The notes: generated by a model not told the origin, from the sequence alone. A stretch of 63,120 nucleotides of DNA, filler included, from Octopus bimaculoides (GCF_001194135.2; 8 parts of 8 records of this genome joined end to end with filler, not necessarily neighbours in it); one strand, 5' to 3'; shown: positions 24,075-38,589, counted from the first letter of the whole stretch. Made by a program: numbers and translations.

Positions 24075-25395
24075 NNNNNNNNNNNNNNNNNNNNNNNNNN
24101 NNNNNNNNNNNNNNNNNNNNNNNNNNNNNNNNNNNNNNNNNNNNNNNNNNNNNNNNNNNNNNNNNNNNNNNNNNNNNNNNNNNNNNNNNNNNNNNNNNNN
24201 NNNNNNNNNNNNNNNNNNNNNNNNNNNNNNNNNNNNNNNNNNNNNNNNNNNNNNNNNNNNNNNNNNNNNNNNNNNNNNNNNNNNNNNATATATAAAACAG
24301 AAGCAACAGAATGATTCTGACTGAGAGTTTCATGTGTTAGCACTTAACAAATCTATTTTTCCTCTTTGCATCACCAAATTTATATACCTATGTGTGTGTG
24401 TGTGTGTGTGTGCTGGCATTCATGTGTGTGTATACACACACACACACATAAGTACCAGCATGAAAAACAGATGTTAAATAATGATTATGGCACACACATT
24501 CATGCATGTATGTGTGTCATACTGGAACAAACTAACACTCTTTGTTAACTGGTGAAAGATAAACACAAAGACGTATATAAGCACACACACACATACACAC
24601 ACACACACACATACACACACATACACACACACTCTCTCTGTCTCTGTCTCACACACACATATGTATATGTCTGTATGTATATAAGATATACATGTGCATA
24701 CAGACACACACACATATGTATATATATATATACATCACATATATCAAGAAAAATTATGAAATAAATGAATGTTGATGGTTTTGAAAAATTAAGTGCTAAA
24801 ATGAGAAGCAGACTGAAAGAGCAGAACATTAATTAGTCAGCACTGTCGTTAATATGCTCACAGTTAATGAAATTTTAAATTCTTTCACAGAGCAATAAAT
24901 AAATAAATATATTTAGAATAATGAATTATTTATCTGAGAGTGATTTAATACAATAGAACTCTCCAGACAAACCAAATTCCCAAGACTAGGACAATAGTAC
25001 GCTAAAAAAAAAAAAAAAAAAAAAAGTTTTTTANNNNNNNNNNNNNNNNNNNNNNNNNNNNNNNNNNNNNNNNNNNNNNNNNNNNNNNNNNNNNNNNNNN
25101 NNNNNNNNNNNNNNNNNNNNNNNNNNNNNNNNNNNNNNNNNNNNNNNNNNNNNNNNNNNNNNNNNNNNNNNNNNNNNNNNNNNNNNNNNNNNNNNNNNNN
25201 NNNNNNNNNNNNNNNNNNNNNNNNNNNNNNNNNNNNNNNNNNNNNNNNNNNNNNNNNNNNNNNNNNNNNNNNNNNNNNNNNNNNNNNNNNNNNNNNNNNN
25301 NNNNNNNNNNNNNNNNNNNNNNNNNNNNNNNNNNNNNNNNNNNNNNNNNNNNNNNNNNNNNNNNNNNNNNNNNNNNNNNNNNNNNNNNNTCTGGA

Positions 25396-25680
25396 GATCA
25401 TCATCATCATCATCTTTGTCGTTTAACGTCTGCTTTCCATGCTAGCATGGGTTGGACGATTTGACTGATGACTGGTGAACCAGATGGCTACCCCAGGCTC
25501 CAATCTGATCTGGCAGAGTTTCTACAGCTGGATGCCCTTCCTAATGCCAACCACTCCGAGAGTGTAGTGGGTGCTTTTACATGCCACTGGCACGAGGGCC
25601 AGTCAGGCGGTATTGGCAACGGTCACGCTCAAAATGGTGTATTTTATGTGCCACCCGCACAAGAGCCAGTCCAGGGGCTC
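25396..25680 (-). mobile_element. Retroposon family E, opposite orientation
   Basis: Reverse-complement match to about 17000-17269. Confidence 0.82.
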
Positions 25681-25689
25681 TTACGCAGT

Positions 25690-26330
25690 GACAAATTTTG
25701 CATGGAGGTAGGAGTCCATCAAGGGTGAGTCCTCAGTCCCTTCCTGTTCAGCGTAGCCCTACATGCCATCTCAAGGGAGTTTCAGATTAGATGCCCACAG
25801 CAACTAGATACCAATGGATTTAGTTTGCATAGCTGAATTTACAGGGGAATCAGAGAGGAAATTCCAGGTATGGGAGCTAAATCTACCATCGCAAGGCCTT
25901 AGCAAAAACTAAGGTTTTGATAAACTGGGAAGAAGTAAAAACAGGACTCTGGTACCCTCAAGAAAATGGTCTTGCTCAATATACAGAAAAGGAATCGATG
26001 TACACTCCATATGCAGTATGCGATATAAACTATGGATATACAAGAGGTGCGGTGGAATTGCAAAGAAAGTAAACTTCATAGTGATAAATGCACTGGAGCA
26101 ATATTTACTAAGAGCACACCAGAAATAGATTCTGTTAGATGCTTGGATGGCTCACTAGAAGTCGATATCTTTGTTACCTAGAAAAGGGTAATTAGTTGAG
26201 GATGTGGTTGCTTTGGAAGCAGAGTAGCCATGGTAAGAACAAAGTGGAAAAGTACTGCAGCTGTTAGCAACAAAGGCCTTTTCCCCCTCTGCATGAATGG
26301 TAGAATGTATGATGTTTGTGTTAGAACTAT
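25690..26330 (+). mobile_element. Highly degraded RTE-clade LINE RT/3' region
   Basis: MEVGVHQG*VLSPFLFSVAL at the start. The downstream segment resembles the RTE copy at 61607-61924. Confidence 0.7.
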
Positions 26331-26439
26331 CTCACTACCATGTGATTCCTCATGTCTTGTGAGACCTGGTCTTTAATCCTTTCATTTACCATATTTATTT
26401 TGAGATGCTCTGTGTATCTTTCAATTAATTTTAAATATA

Positions 26440-26850
26440 GACGCAGGAGTGGCTGTGTGGTAAGTAACTTGCTTAGCAACCACATGGTTCTGGGTTCAGT
26501 CCCACTGCGTGGCACCTAGGGCAAGTGTCTTCTACTCTAGCCTCAGGCCGACCAAAGCCTTGTGAGTGGATTTGGTAGACGGAAAACTGAAAGAAGCCCA
26601 TCGTATATATGTATATATATGTATGTGTGTGTATATGTTTGTCTGTCTGTGTTTGTCCCCGCCAGCATTGCTTGACAACCGATGCTGGGTGTGTTTACGT
26701 CCCCGTAACTTAGCGGTTCGGCAAAAAGAAACCAATAGAATAAGTACTAAGCTTACAAAGAATAAGTCCTGGGGTCGAGTTGCTCGACTAAAGGTGGTGC
26801 TCCAGCATGGCCGCAGTCAAGTGACTGAAACAAGTAAGAGAGTAAAGAGT
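26440..26850 (+). mobile_element. SINE family B, full length (about 410 bp)
   Basis: tRNA-like head ggagtggctgtgtggtaag..gggttcagtccc, gcacctagggcaagtgtctt core, internal (TA/TG) tract, and tail gcagtcaagtgactgaaacaagtaagag. Confidence 0.85.
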
Positions 26851-27225
26851 ATATGTATGTGTATACATACATACATGCTGTGTTGCTGCATCTAATTTCA
26901 TTACAATTCATTTGTTGCGAAAATAAATTAAAATCTCATTTCAAACTCTGAAAAAGTTAATAAGGATTGAGAAATGAGATTTTGTTGCTGAAGTAATACA
27001 TTATTGCTGTCTAGATGTTAAAATGAAAATTATTATTATTATTATTATTATTAACCACAACTGAAATGTCAGCACTATCTATGATTTAGATGTAGTAGGG
27101 TAAGAGATACTGCCACATCTGTCTATTTATCTGTCTGTTTCGCTGTTTGTCTATCATCTTTAGTCTATCTATTTGTCTGTCTGTCTATTTGTTATCTATC
27201 ATCTTTTATCTATCTATCAATCAGT

Positions 27226-27420
27226 CTAAGCGCCAACCGCTTGGCTAACACCTTGGCCAAAATTTTCAAGTCTGCATTGAGCAGAGTGATGGGCCTAAAG
27301 TTATCTATGACATCCCCCTTGTTTGGATCTTTCTTCAGCAGCGTTACGGCTCCTCGACTCACAAAACCGGGAATGCTCCCGTTTTGCTGCCAGTTGCAGT
27401 ACACCGCCACCAAGACGTCT
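27226..27420 (-). mobile_element. L1/Tx1-clade reverse transcriptase fragment, truncated by gap
   Basis: Uninterrupted frame GAVTLLKKDPNKGDVIDNFRPITLLNADLKILAKVLAKRL, the typical L1/Tx1 RT domain-1 motif. Stops abruptly in a (TATC)n tract. Confidence 0.85.
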
Positions 27421-27628
27421 NNNNNNNNNNNNNNNNNNNNNNNNNNNNNNNNNNNNNNNNNNNNTTAATTAATTAANNNNNNNNNNNNNNNNNNNNNNNN
27501 NNNNNNNNNNNNNNNNNNNNTATATATATAAATATATATATATATGTATATATATATATAAATATATATATATATGTATATATATATATAAATATATGTA
27601 TATATATATATATATAAATATATATATT

Positions 27629-27672
<44 letters not shown>

Positions 27673-27953
27673 TACACACACACACATATATAAATATATG
27701 TAGATGCAGATGTGTGTCTGTGTGTGTGAATGTGGGCACATGTACACATGCACGCGTTAGAAATATGAATGAGGATCAATCAGAGAGTTCGATTTCGATT
27801 CGACACAGAGCATTAAAAGCATGCAGCGTGATAACTCGTTGAGATATGCAGCATGGTGTATCTGTTGGCATGGTAACCTGTTGAATTATTGCTTCCGCCT
27901 CGATACCCCCGGCTGCACTCGCACCCTCGTACGCATGTATGTAGGCATATACA

Positions 27954-28009
<56 letters not shown>

Positions 28010-28130
28010 GATAGATATAGATTTGTGTGTGTGTGTGTGTGCATGTTTGTATCTGTCAATTCATACATATATATANNNNNNNNNNNNNNNNNNNNNNNNN
28101 NNNNNNNNNNNNNNNNNNNNNNNNNNNNNN

Positions 28131-28172
<42 letters not shown>

Positions 28173-28578
28173 AGTAAATACATAACTATAACGTGAATCA
28201 TATGCGCAAACGGACGTATATACACAGACAGAAGTACACAAAGAAATACACACAGACGCACACAAATATACACACATTCGTAGGAAATTTATAAAGATAT
28301 GAGTGTGTTCAGGAGACAAGGAACTCTGTAACACATTTCTAAGAGAGTTCGGTTAATTCTGCACAAATAACTTCGTTCAAATCAATCTACATTTTATTTT
28401 TAACTGGTGTCTGCCTTTCAGTATTCCGCCGTAATTCTAAATAACACAACGAAATCACACGCGAACGCACACATGGTCACACACACACATGCACACAGTG
28501 TCATACACACACAGACACACAACGAATCACGCGCGCACATACACGTAGAAAGTAATCTACATGCACTAACACTCATAT

Positions 28579-28629
<51 letters not shown>

Positions 28630-28633
<4 letters not shown>

Positions 28634-29330
28634 ATTGATGTTAATAATGAAAAGGAGTGGGCCCAGTACTATGCTTTGCAGGACTCCACTGATGAGTCTT
28701 GACCAAACAGCATCACCACATGTTCAGTTCTGTTCCGAAAACTTTCAATCCAATTTAACAGTTTTTCTCGGACTCCAGTATTGGATAGTTTCTTTAGTAG
28801 GATGCTCTGATCAACCTTATCAGATGTCAATATATATGACATCTGCAATGAAGCCCCCTCCCAGAACTTTTATAACGTCATCACATTGATGCAGGTGTTG
28901 TATTACGCAGTTCCTGCCATTTCAGAGATCGTACGGATCGGGTACAATTAAGCTGTTGGATGCCAGGAAGGGAGTTACTCGAGATCTCACAGGTAATTTC
29001 ATAATATGAGTTATGTGAGATCGGTCGGTAATTTATTTTCAGCGATTTGTTTCCATTTTTTATAAACTGGGACCATCGAATGTGATAGGAAATCAACAGG
29101 AATATAGCCAGCGTCCATTGATTTCCTCTCGAGAATACCTAAAGCGAATGCCATTTGATGTCGGCACTCCTTCAGGACTATAGCGGGATACCTGTCGGGG
29201 CCTGCAGTTGAGTTGTTTGTCATTTCGTTAATAACTGCAGTGATATCCGAAATGTCAAATAATTCAACGGATAGGGTGTACAGGGGGGGTGTTGCTTCAC
29301 CGATGTTGTCAGGATTAACCATTTTGAGAT
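28630..29330 (-). mobile_element. Degraded APE-type LINE (CR1/L2/Jockey-like) RT region
   Basis: Minus-strand fragments TAGPDRYPAIVLKEC, NYRPIS, DVIYID..DKVDQSILLKKL, SGVLQSIVLGPLLFIININD, with many frameshifts. Confidence 0.85.
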
Positions 29331-30316
29331 TGCTTCAAATGGAGCAGCAGCTTCGTAAAAGTGGAGGGCTGGTAGAATCCTCACCACGCCGGACATCCGA
29401 TAAAATGGTTAGCATCATTACTTCCGGCTCTTTAATTTCTGATTTCAAGTGCCACCAATGTCAATTTTGTATTTCGTTTTTTCGGGGTCAGTAAAATACT
29501 TTCCACTGGAGCAGTTTGAGCGATGTTAATCGACTTTTCCTCCCCCGCCAGTATTCCTGACCACGTGTCAAAACTAGAAAGGATAATAATTGCAGCCTTG
29601 AATTGAAATCTGAAGATTTCTTCAATAGTCAATTCTCTATATCCGTACGGATTTTCATAACGTAATCATACTTTTGCTTCTGTTAATAATTTTCTATCTA
29701 GATTTGATTAATGTTGTGTGGTTTAGAGCGTTGCTATTGCAACAAATCAACCAATCGGCAAATTGAAACGTTTAAGATGAATCTGATGACTAGCGAGTCT
29801 TAAATGTTCTGTCAGATAAAAAGGAAAGTCCTTGGAGAAAACGATTTGATGACTTTGGTGATGTGGGAGGTGGATGTGATGTCGGAGGTGTAACCTTGGA
29901 TATGTTAATCATTCAAAGAGGATTCGAGAGTCTAACAATGGTGCAAATGGATTGATTATCAGGGGGAATATGTTGAGTAGAAGCAGCGTGTAGAGGGAGC
30001 AACACTCTAAGGATATTGGTAATCACAACGAACTGTAATTAGAAATAAAAATTAATGCCTACTTATACAAACTTTCGGAAAAAGAAACCTGTTTTATATG
30101 TACACGCACACATTCTAAATGACTTCAGATACTCGTTCTGCCTCGATTTTGTTTCGTTTTTCTAATATAATATATACCGGCTATAACTGTACCCTAACAC
30201 GCAACCCTAGATCTAGCCTTAGCTGTGAACTTGGAACCTAATGGTTGACCAACTATACCACTTACCGACCGTACCAATTCGTTTAGATCGCAAGTGAACT
30301 AAACCCATCATATTCT

Positions 30317-30349
<33 letters not shown>

Positions 30350-31499
30350 NNNNNNNNNNNNNNNNNNNNNNNNNNNNNNNNNNNNNNNNNNNNNNNNNNN
30401 NNNNNNNNNNNNNNNNNNNNNNNNNNNNNNNNNNNNNNNNNNNNNNNNNNNNNNNNNNNNNNNNNNNNNNNNNNNNNNNNNNNNNNNNNNNNNNNNNNNN
30501 NNNNNNNNNNNNNNNNNNNNNNNNNNNNNNNNNNNNNNNNNNNNNNNNNNNNNNNNNNNNNNNNNNNNNNNNNNNNNNNNNNNNNNNNNNNNNNNNNNNN
30601 NNNNNNNNNNNNNNNNNNNNNNNNNNNNNNNNNNNNNNNNNNNNNNNNNNNNNNNNNNNNNNNNNNNNNNNTATATATATATATACATAGATATACATAC
30701 ATACATATATATATGTGTGAGTGTGTGTGTGTTTTGCGTTCTTGTCCCATTCTGTATTATAGATATATATATATATATACGTATGTGTGTGTGTGTGTTG
30801 ATATAGTATAATCATGCATCCATGTTTTTCCACTGCTACAACTACAATCACCACCACCACCACCATCGACGCCACCGCCATCGTCACCACTACAACTGCA
30901 GTCGTCAGCATCACTCTTTCTTCTTCGCCTTCCACTTCACTAAGGACAAAAGAACCTTCTTCAACTACACAAACGTCTATTCACACATACACACAGGCGC
31001 ACACAGATAACCATGGACACGTATGCACGTATCTACACACCCAACCACACACACATATATACATACACGCCTGCGCGGTCGCGCATGCACAGATGTAGTA
31101 TTGACACTTCCATCTAGAAAAATCGATCGCTGTCTCTCTCTTCACTATATAAAGTTCTACTTAGCAGTGTCAACTGTCATCATCCTCTGTGGCAAATGAT
31201 GGCCGCCTCTTGTTACTGTATCTTAGATAACAAACAGCTTACATTCTACATACATTCCACAAATATACACCCTGCTTAAACGCAAGACATCCACGCACAC
31301 ACACACACACACCCACACACACACACACATCATTTTCACTACCGATGCATTTAACTATATACACTGGAACACACACACACACATGCACGCGCGTACAGAC
31401 AGACACACAGAGATAGATAGATAGTTAGATATTTACATTCACACAAATACTCACAGGCACACGCACACAGATACACACTTAAACACATCCTCATGTACA

Positions 31500-31568
<69 letters not shown>

Positions 31569-31690
31569 ATTATATATGTCTATATAGGCATTAAAATGTT
31601 TGCTAGAGTACAGAATAGAGTACAGAATACAGAGAGAGAAAAATATTGTTGGAAGTAATGGAAATATGGTTTCTTAAGTTTCTTGAGGTT

Positions 31691-32020
31691 GTGGAGGTTC
31701 GTGTTTTAGTAGTTAGGTTATCAGTTCATGATTGTAAGGTCCTGAGTTCGATCTTCGGCGTCGTGTTGTTTTCTGGAGCAAGGCCCTTTATTACATGCTG
31801 TTGGAGTCCACTTAACTGGCAATAAATGAGCTGCACCTGTATTTGAAAGGGCCAGCCTTGTGGCCCTTTGTGTCACGTTGGATCTCCCTCAGAACTACGT
31901 TACCTGTCCGCGGAGTGCTCAGCCACTTACTCGTTAATTTTACGAATCAGGCTGCTCCGTTAATCGGATTTATTGTAACATTGGTAATCACCAAAGTGCC
32001 AGATTAGAGATTTTCTGGGT
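31691..32020 (+). mobile_element. Old, diverged SINE (family C/D-like)
   Basis: gtggagg..gagttcgatc head, then ccagccttgtg..gtgtcacgttg..agaactacgtt..gagtgctcagccactta. Confidence 0.65.
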
Positions 32021-32444
32021 GGTGGGGAATTTTCCCCAAGGAAATGAATTGTGTCTACTTTTTAGTGTGGTTGTCCAGCCCGGGGGGTTCGATCTCTGGT
32101 TTATTTCGTCATTGAACTCAACGTCTCTGCGTAACAGAATCTACCGTAGAAATCTGCAGTAAAAACGTGGTAAAGTATTTGAAATTTTATAATACATGAG
32201 TCTGAATAACAGTAAACGGTGATGCCTGTACCAATTTTTGGCACCTTCATTGTGTGGCTGTCACAGGTGTCTGTTTGCTGAGAAACATGGCAGGAAACGA
32301 TGAAAGACTTTCATGCAAGAATCGCTGCAGACAAGGAAAGCAGACAAGAATACACATAATCACAGAGCGTATGTTTATATACAAATATACACACACAAAG
32401 CGTGCGATGGGTAAATTGTCGCTATTTATTCACCGCACTCTGTG

Positions 32445-32476
<32 letters not shown>

Positions 32477-32486
32477 NNNNNNNNNN

Positions 32487-32526
<40 letters not shown>

Positions 32527-33530
32527 TTCCTCATAAAACATATGAATGTGCATATGTGTGCGTTTGTGTATATATAGATATACAAACATATATGCACATA
32601 TATATACACATATATATATGATTTCATATTTCTCTGTATGCAAATGCATGTATACACAAACACACCCCATTTACACCCACCCGTCCACACCCATCCATAC
32701 ACACACACACACACTTTATTCTTTGACTGCTTTCACTCGTTTGACGACGGACATGTTCGGGCACTGCGTGCTACTCTAGCCAATCGTATCGGCCCCGGGT
32801 CTTTTTACTATTTTCTTTTTTTGCTTTTGCTTTTTTTTTCTCAGTTATAGATATTATTGATCTCTATTTATTGAACGGCTCTTACCGGTTTCGACATGAA
32901 AAGACAGAACACCGGTTTACACTGTTCAACATATCCAGACACTGAGTCTGACTCACACATAGGTAGGAATATACGTGTACATTCAAAACTCACACACACA
33001 CACATTTATGTATGCATAAGGTTTCCACGAATAATATCCATGTCGCTCTTTGTTCTTACCCCATATCACTTCAACTATACACCATGTAACACACTTCTCC
33101 AAAGTTCTTTCTTGATGTTCCTGATTGGTCATCCCTGGAAAACTGTTGCTCAATTATGTGCAGCAGATCCTCACTCAACATTTATCGTGCTTACTCCTCG
33201 AATTATCTTTTCTGTCCTGACTCTCTTCTATATCCAAATACGATTATATTTTTCCATCGCTTGGAGAAGTACAACAGTTGTAACATCAAATAAACTATAC
33301 TTCACGGGGTACACACCTATATTCCACGTGCATCTTAGACGTTTGTAACTATTGTGTGGAACCTCGACTCTATTTCTCTCTCTTAATACATCTGTAGATT
33401 ATTCTGGTCCTAGGCTAATTCGTATATCATTTATTCCCTACTCAATTTCCTAACCATTAATCATTTTACGATGCTTCTACCATCTATTTCTACAAACGTG
33501 TATCCCTGTCTGTCTTTCTCTCTCTCTGTG

Positions 33531-33564
<34 letters not shown>

Positions 33565-33651
33565 AACGTTTCTAAGACAACAACTTTTTCTTTCCTTGTA
33601 TTTTCTCATAAAAAGTTTCAAATGACGACTTATTTCAACTGTCTCAATACC

Positions 33652-34285
33652 AAATTCAAAATTTGGCAGAAGGCCAGTAATTTGATGGGAGAGGGATGTG
33701 TGTAGTAAGTCGATTACATCGACCCCAGTGTTCAACTGGTACTTATTTTATCGATCTCGAAAGGATGAAAGGCAAAGTCAATCTCGACGGAATTGCAACG
33801 CACAACGTAAAGACGGACGAAATGTTAAATGTTTTATCTGGTGTTCTAACGATTCTGCCAGCTCGGTGCCTAAATTGTCTCAATAATATTGGTTTCAAAT
33901 TTTAGGGCCAAGGGGCGTTGTGGTCGATTACATCGATTCCCATGTCCTTCCGATACTTATTTTATCGACTTTGAAAGGTTGAAAAGCAAAGTCGACCACG
34001 GCGGAATTTGAACTCGGAAAGTAGCGACGGGCGAAATAACGCTAAGCATTTCGTTCAGCGTGCTAACGATTCTTTTTTAATCTAGGCACAAGGCCCGAAT
34101 TTTGAGGGGGAGGGTACCAATCGATAAGATCAACCCCAGTACGCAAGTGCTACTTAATTTATCGACACCGAAAGGATGAAAGGCTAAGTCGACCTTGGAA
34201 GAATTTGAACTCAGAACGTAGCGACGGGCGGAATACCGCTAACCATTTCGTCCAGCTTGCTAACCATTCTGCCGGATCGTCGCCT
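33652..34285 (-). mobile_element. Three head-to-tail SINE family A copies
   Basis: Units at about 33652-33870, 33885-34072 and 34073-34285, each with gaaaggatgaaagg-aaagtc-ac and an A-box end. Confidence 0.85.
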
Positions 34286-34820
34286 TTATTTGATAAAGAC
34301 GTGCAACTAATTTCGCTTTCATGAAATCAACTTGAAGAAGTGGCGTATAAATATAAGTTTATAAAACAGTATTCAGTGATGTGCGATGCTCGGAAACCTC
34401 ACTTCTTGTCCAGAATGTGTAACTGCATCAACAAATTGTAGACAATAGAGTATCTCCGATCAATAAATTTACCATTGATATCCCAAGGAATCGGAAGCTG
34501 ACATTATGAATATGCAGGGTTGCAGAGCGAAGATACGATTTGAAATTTAACATTTAACATTAAATCTGTAATCTGTAGAGTTAATTATATTGTTGGGCAT
34601 TAATTACTCCTCTTTAATTATCACTGCTTGGATTTATCCGGATTCATGTCTGTAACATTAAATTATCCATTTTGCTTCACACCCTTTAATAATTTTAATT
34701 TTAATTTCATTGACTGCCATTTCACCTGATAATATTTAATTTATTACACTTTAACTAACGATAGCATTTAAATTAGGAATGTATGCGTGAAAATGTGAGC
34801 GCGCGCTAGCACGCACATAC

Positions 34821-34860
<40 letters not shown>

Positions 34861-35323
34861 NNNNNNNNNNNNNNNNNNNNNNNNNNNNNNNNNNNNNNNN
34901 NNNNNNNNNNNNNNNNNNNNNNNNNNNNNNNNNNNNNNNNNNNNNNNNNNNNNNNNNNNNNNNNNNNNNNNNNNNNNNNNNNNNNNNNNNNNNNNNNNNN
35001 NNNNNNNNNNNNNNNNNNNNNNNNNNNNNNNNNNNNNNNNNNNNNNNNNNNNNNNNNNNNNNNNNNNNNNNNNNNNNNNNNNNNNNNNNNNNNNNNNNNN
35101 NNNNNNNNNNNNNNNNNNNNNNNNNNNNNNNNNNNNNNNNNNNNNNNNNNNNNNNNNNNNNNNNNNNNNNNNNNNNNNNNNNNNNNNNNNNNNNNNNNNN
35201 NNNNNNNNNNNNNNNNNNNNNNNNNNNNNNNNNNNNNNNNNNNNNNNNNNNNNNNNNNNNNNNNNNNNNNNNNNNNNNNNNNNNNNNNNNNNNNNNNNNN
35301 NNNNNNNNNNNNNNNNNNNNNNN

Positions 35324-35387
<64 letters not shown>

Positions 35388-36468
35388 GCACAGGTTTATT
35401 CTTACGGACATTTAATATGTCTCTATGCACTATTTTAAATCTCAGCCCGGCCTCGCATTTCCGTACATTATTACACTGCAAGACGGTACTTTAACTGAGG
35501 ATCCTCAATCACAATTGACTCCTGCAAAACTCCTCTCTAAGGACAATAATAATAAGTATATTTTCGGTGTTTCGGAAAAGCGAACAATTTTAAGGTAAGC
35601 AGTAATTCAAGTACATCAAGTTCATTTTCAATTGGCCCTTGTTTGATTAAACCTGAAAGGACGAGATGCCCAAGGCTAACAGTCTTAAGGGAGGAGGCAG
35701 CGTCGGTTACAATAAATTAACAAACAGATCTTGAGGGAATCATTACGAAGTCCATATAAATATCGAAGTATTTGGAGTAACCAAATCTTCCTTCTGAAGA
35801 TAGAACAATATTTAATATACTCACTCCTACTTTGGATGCTGGTTCATTTAAGTATGTTCGGCAAAGTCCCAGTGTCAGAATGGTTAGTTTGTTGGATCGT
35901 CGGCTAGAATGCATCGTCAGTTAGAATGTATCTCCCTGAGAATTGAATCCAAATCTCAACGAAGTCAAATTTGACTTTTGCCTTCCTGGGCCTCCATTGC
36001 TGATTGTTCCATTCTCTCCTTTGTATTTTTAATTTGAACAGCGAAACTTGCCACGGTAACCCGACCCCACAATCACTTTAAGAGTCCGCTTGTCTTGGAA
36101 AACAGAGCCACTTAAACTTGTATTTCATTTGTAAGAATTCAGCTGATCGAACCGATGGAAAATAAGCGTCGCGACCGACCAACAATCCACAGACTTTATT
36201 GCTGCTTCCACTCCCTTCCTTTTAAGCCCTTTAACTTGGCAATATCTGGTTGAAATATTTTACCAATTTTATCTTCAAACTGGCTAGATTCAACCTCTTA
36301 CACCTATCCTACAATCTCTCTCTAAAAAGAAACACATCTTCAATATTTAAAGGCTCGAAGATAATGCAAGATTAATTTGAGACAAAATGAATAAATAAGC
36401 ATTTGAGAGAAGAACCTGAAAGTTAAACGGTAAAGAAAATAATAACAATTTCAACTTTTGCTACGCGG

Positions 36469-36539
36469 CTAACAATTGCAAGCGAGGGAACAATTCAAGT
36501 CTAACAATTGCAAGCGACGGAGCAATTCAAGTCTAACAA
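36469..36539 (+). repeat. 32-bp tandem duplication
   Basis: ctaacaattgcaagcgagggaacaattcaagt followed by ctaacaattgcaagcgacggagcaattcaagt (30/32). Confidence 0.85.
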
Positions 36540-37230
36540 GTCCAGCGTTCAGCTGCTTTTTACTAAACCCAAAAGGATTATAAATGCAAGGCGAACATTT
36601 TAAAGGGAAGAGGCTTTGTCCGTTATATCGACCTGAGTATCCGACCGGGTACTTTAATTTATCGAACCCAGGACAGTGACGGGCAAAGATTACCGTACTA
36701 GGATTTGAAACCACATCGTAAAAATTTGGAAAGAAAAAAACAAACAAACATAAAACTTAATTTTTTTTTTTACGTCGCTCTAACGCTTTNNNNNNNNNNN
36801 NNNNNNNNNNNNNNNNNNNNNNNNNNNNNNNNNNNNNNNNNNNNNNNNNNNNNNNNNNNNNNNNNNNNNNNNNNNNNNNNNNNNNNNNNNNNNNNNNNNN
36901 NNNNNNNNNNNNNNNNNNNNNNNNNNNNNNNNNNNNNNNNNNNNNNNNNNNNNNNNNNNNNNNNNNNNNNNNNNNNNNNNNNNNNNNNNNNNNNNNNNNN
37001 NNNNNNNNNNNNNNNNNNNNNNNNNNNNNNNNNNNNNNNNNNNNNNNNNNNNNNNNNNNNNNNNNNNNNNNNNNNNNNNNNNNNNNNNNNNNNNNNNNNN
37101 NNNNNNNNNNNNNNNNNNNNNNNNNNNTAGATGCCTGTCTGGCTGTCGTTAACTTTATATATATTAATGGCATTCAATCTGCCTCTCAGCCTCCCCCTCT
37201 CTATCCGTCTGTCTTTCTCTTTCACCTCAC

Positions 37231-37350
37231 TCTCTGTCTCTACCTACGTCTCTCTCTGTGTCTCTACCTACGTCTGTCTCTCTGTCTCTACCTACGTCTG
37301 TCTCTCTGTCTCTACCTACGTCTGTCTCTCTGTCTCTACCTACGTCTCTC
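37231..37350 (+). repeat. 24-bp minisatellite, about 5 copies
   Basis: Unit tctctgtctctacctacgtctgtc. Explains the STYVCLSV repeats in ORF 37131-37679. Confidence 0.85.
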
Positions 37351-37592
37351 TCTGTGTCTCTGTCACTCTTGTTCTTCCTCGAAGCCACTACATCACAGCA
37401 GCCTTCGATTTTTGTATCAACGTAAACACACTTCTCTATAGACTGCCTTTGATGTACTCTATGTCTGTCTGTCTGCCTGCCTGTCGGTCGGCCTGTTTCT
37501 ACCTCAGCCCTTCATTTCCCCCCTCCTTCACTCCCTCCCTCGCTGGCATTTTGTCTTCATGCAAGCTGCTACTTCACATCATCTCTGTAATT

Positions 37593-37631
<39 letters not shown>

Positions 37632-38546
37632 NNNNNNNNNNNNNNNNNNNNNNNNNNNNNNNNNNNNNNNNNNNNTTAATTAATTAANNNNNNNNNNNNN
37701 NNNNNNNNNNNNNNNNNNNNNNNNNNNNNNNTATATATATATATATATATATATATATTCTGTATCTCATTAATAAATAAACTAAGGAACTATTCCTTCG
37801 TTCCTTCTTACGATATTATTACTTTATATAATGGGAGGTGTACATAGACAGCATCGTTAGAAGGCCATGAAAAAATACTTAACGCCATTTTGTTCGTCTT
37901 TGCCTTCTGACTTCACGATTCCGGCGGGGGTTGACTTTTTCTTTCGTCATTTCGAGGTAAATGAAATTAGTGCCTGTTGCTCACTGGGATCCGTATAATT
38001 GACAACCTACTCCGCTAAAATTTCAGACTTTGAACCTAGAGTACAAAGGTTTATTACTAATATACTAAGCTGCATCGTGCCAAAACTAGTGTATGTGTGT
38101 GTATGTGCTTGTGTGTTATACGTTTGTGTGTATGTGATTTTATATATATATATATATATATATACGTGTGTGTATGCTTGTGTGTGTGTGTATTTAAGTA
38201 TGTTTGTATATATGTATATATGTATATACGTATGTTGCATACGTTTACGAACACATGCACAGAGCGTAGAAATAGAGAGATATATTTGAGGTTGTATATT
38301 TTTTGATCGAAACACTAAATTCATTTTTTATTCAAACCATTGAGCAGGAGATGTAACATGAAAATATATAAGAAACGAATATTCGAATACACATCCAAAT
38401 ATTAAGAGCTAACAGTACATCGAGATTTCATAAGCAAGAAATAAAATGTCATAAAACGCGTCAAAATATCACCTAATTATCGAGAAAAGATATACTTTTA
38501 CTATATGCATTGAGTCTTTTTTCAGTATTTATATAATAAACCACTT

Positions 38547-38589
<43 letters not shown>

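Noticed and set aside
32870-32920. Minus-strand GAAACCGGTA, hammerhead-like 3' half
   Set aside because: No CTGANGA core or helix I partner is present.
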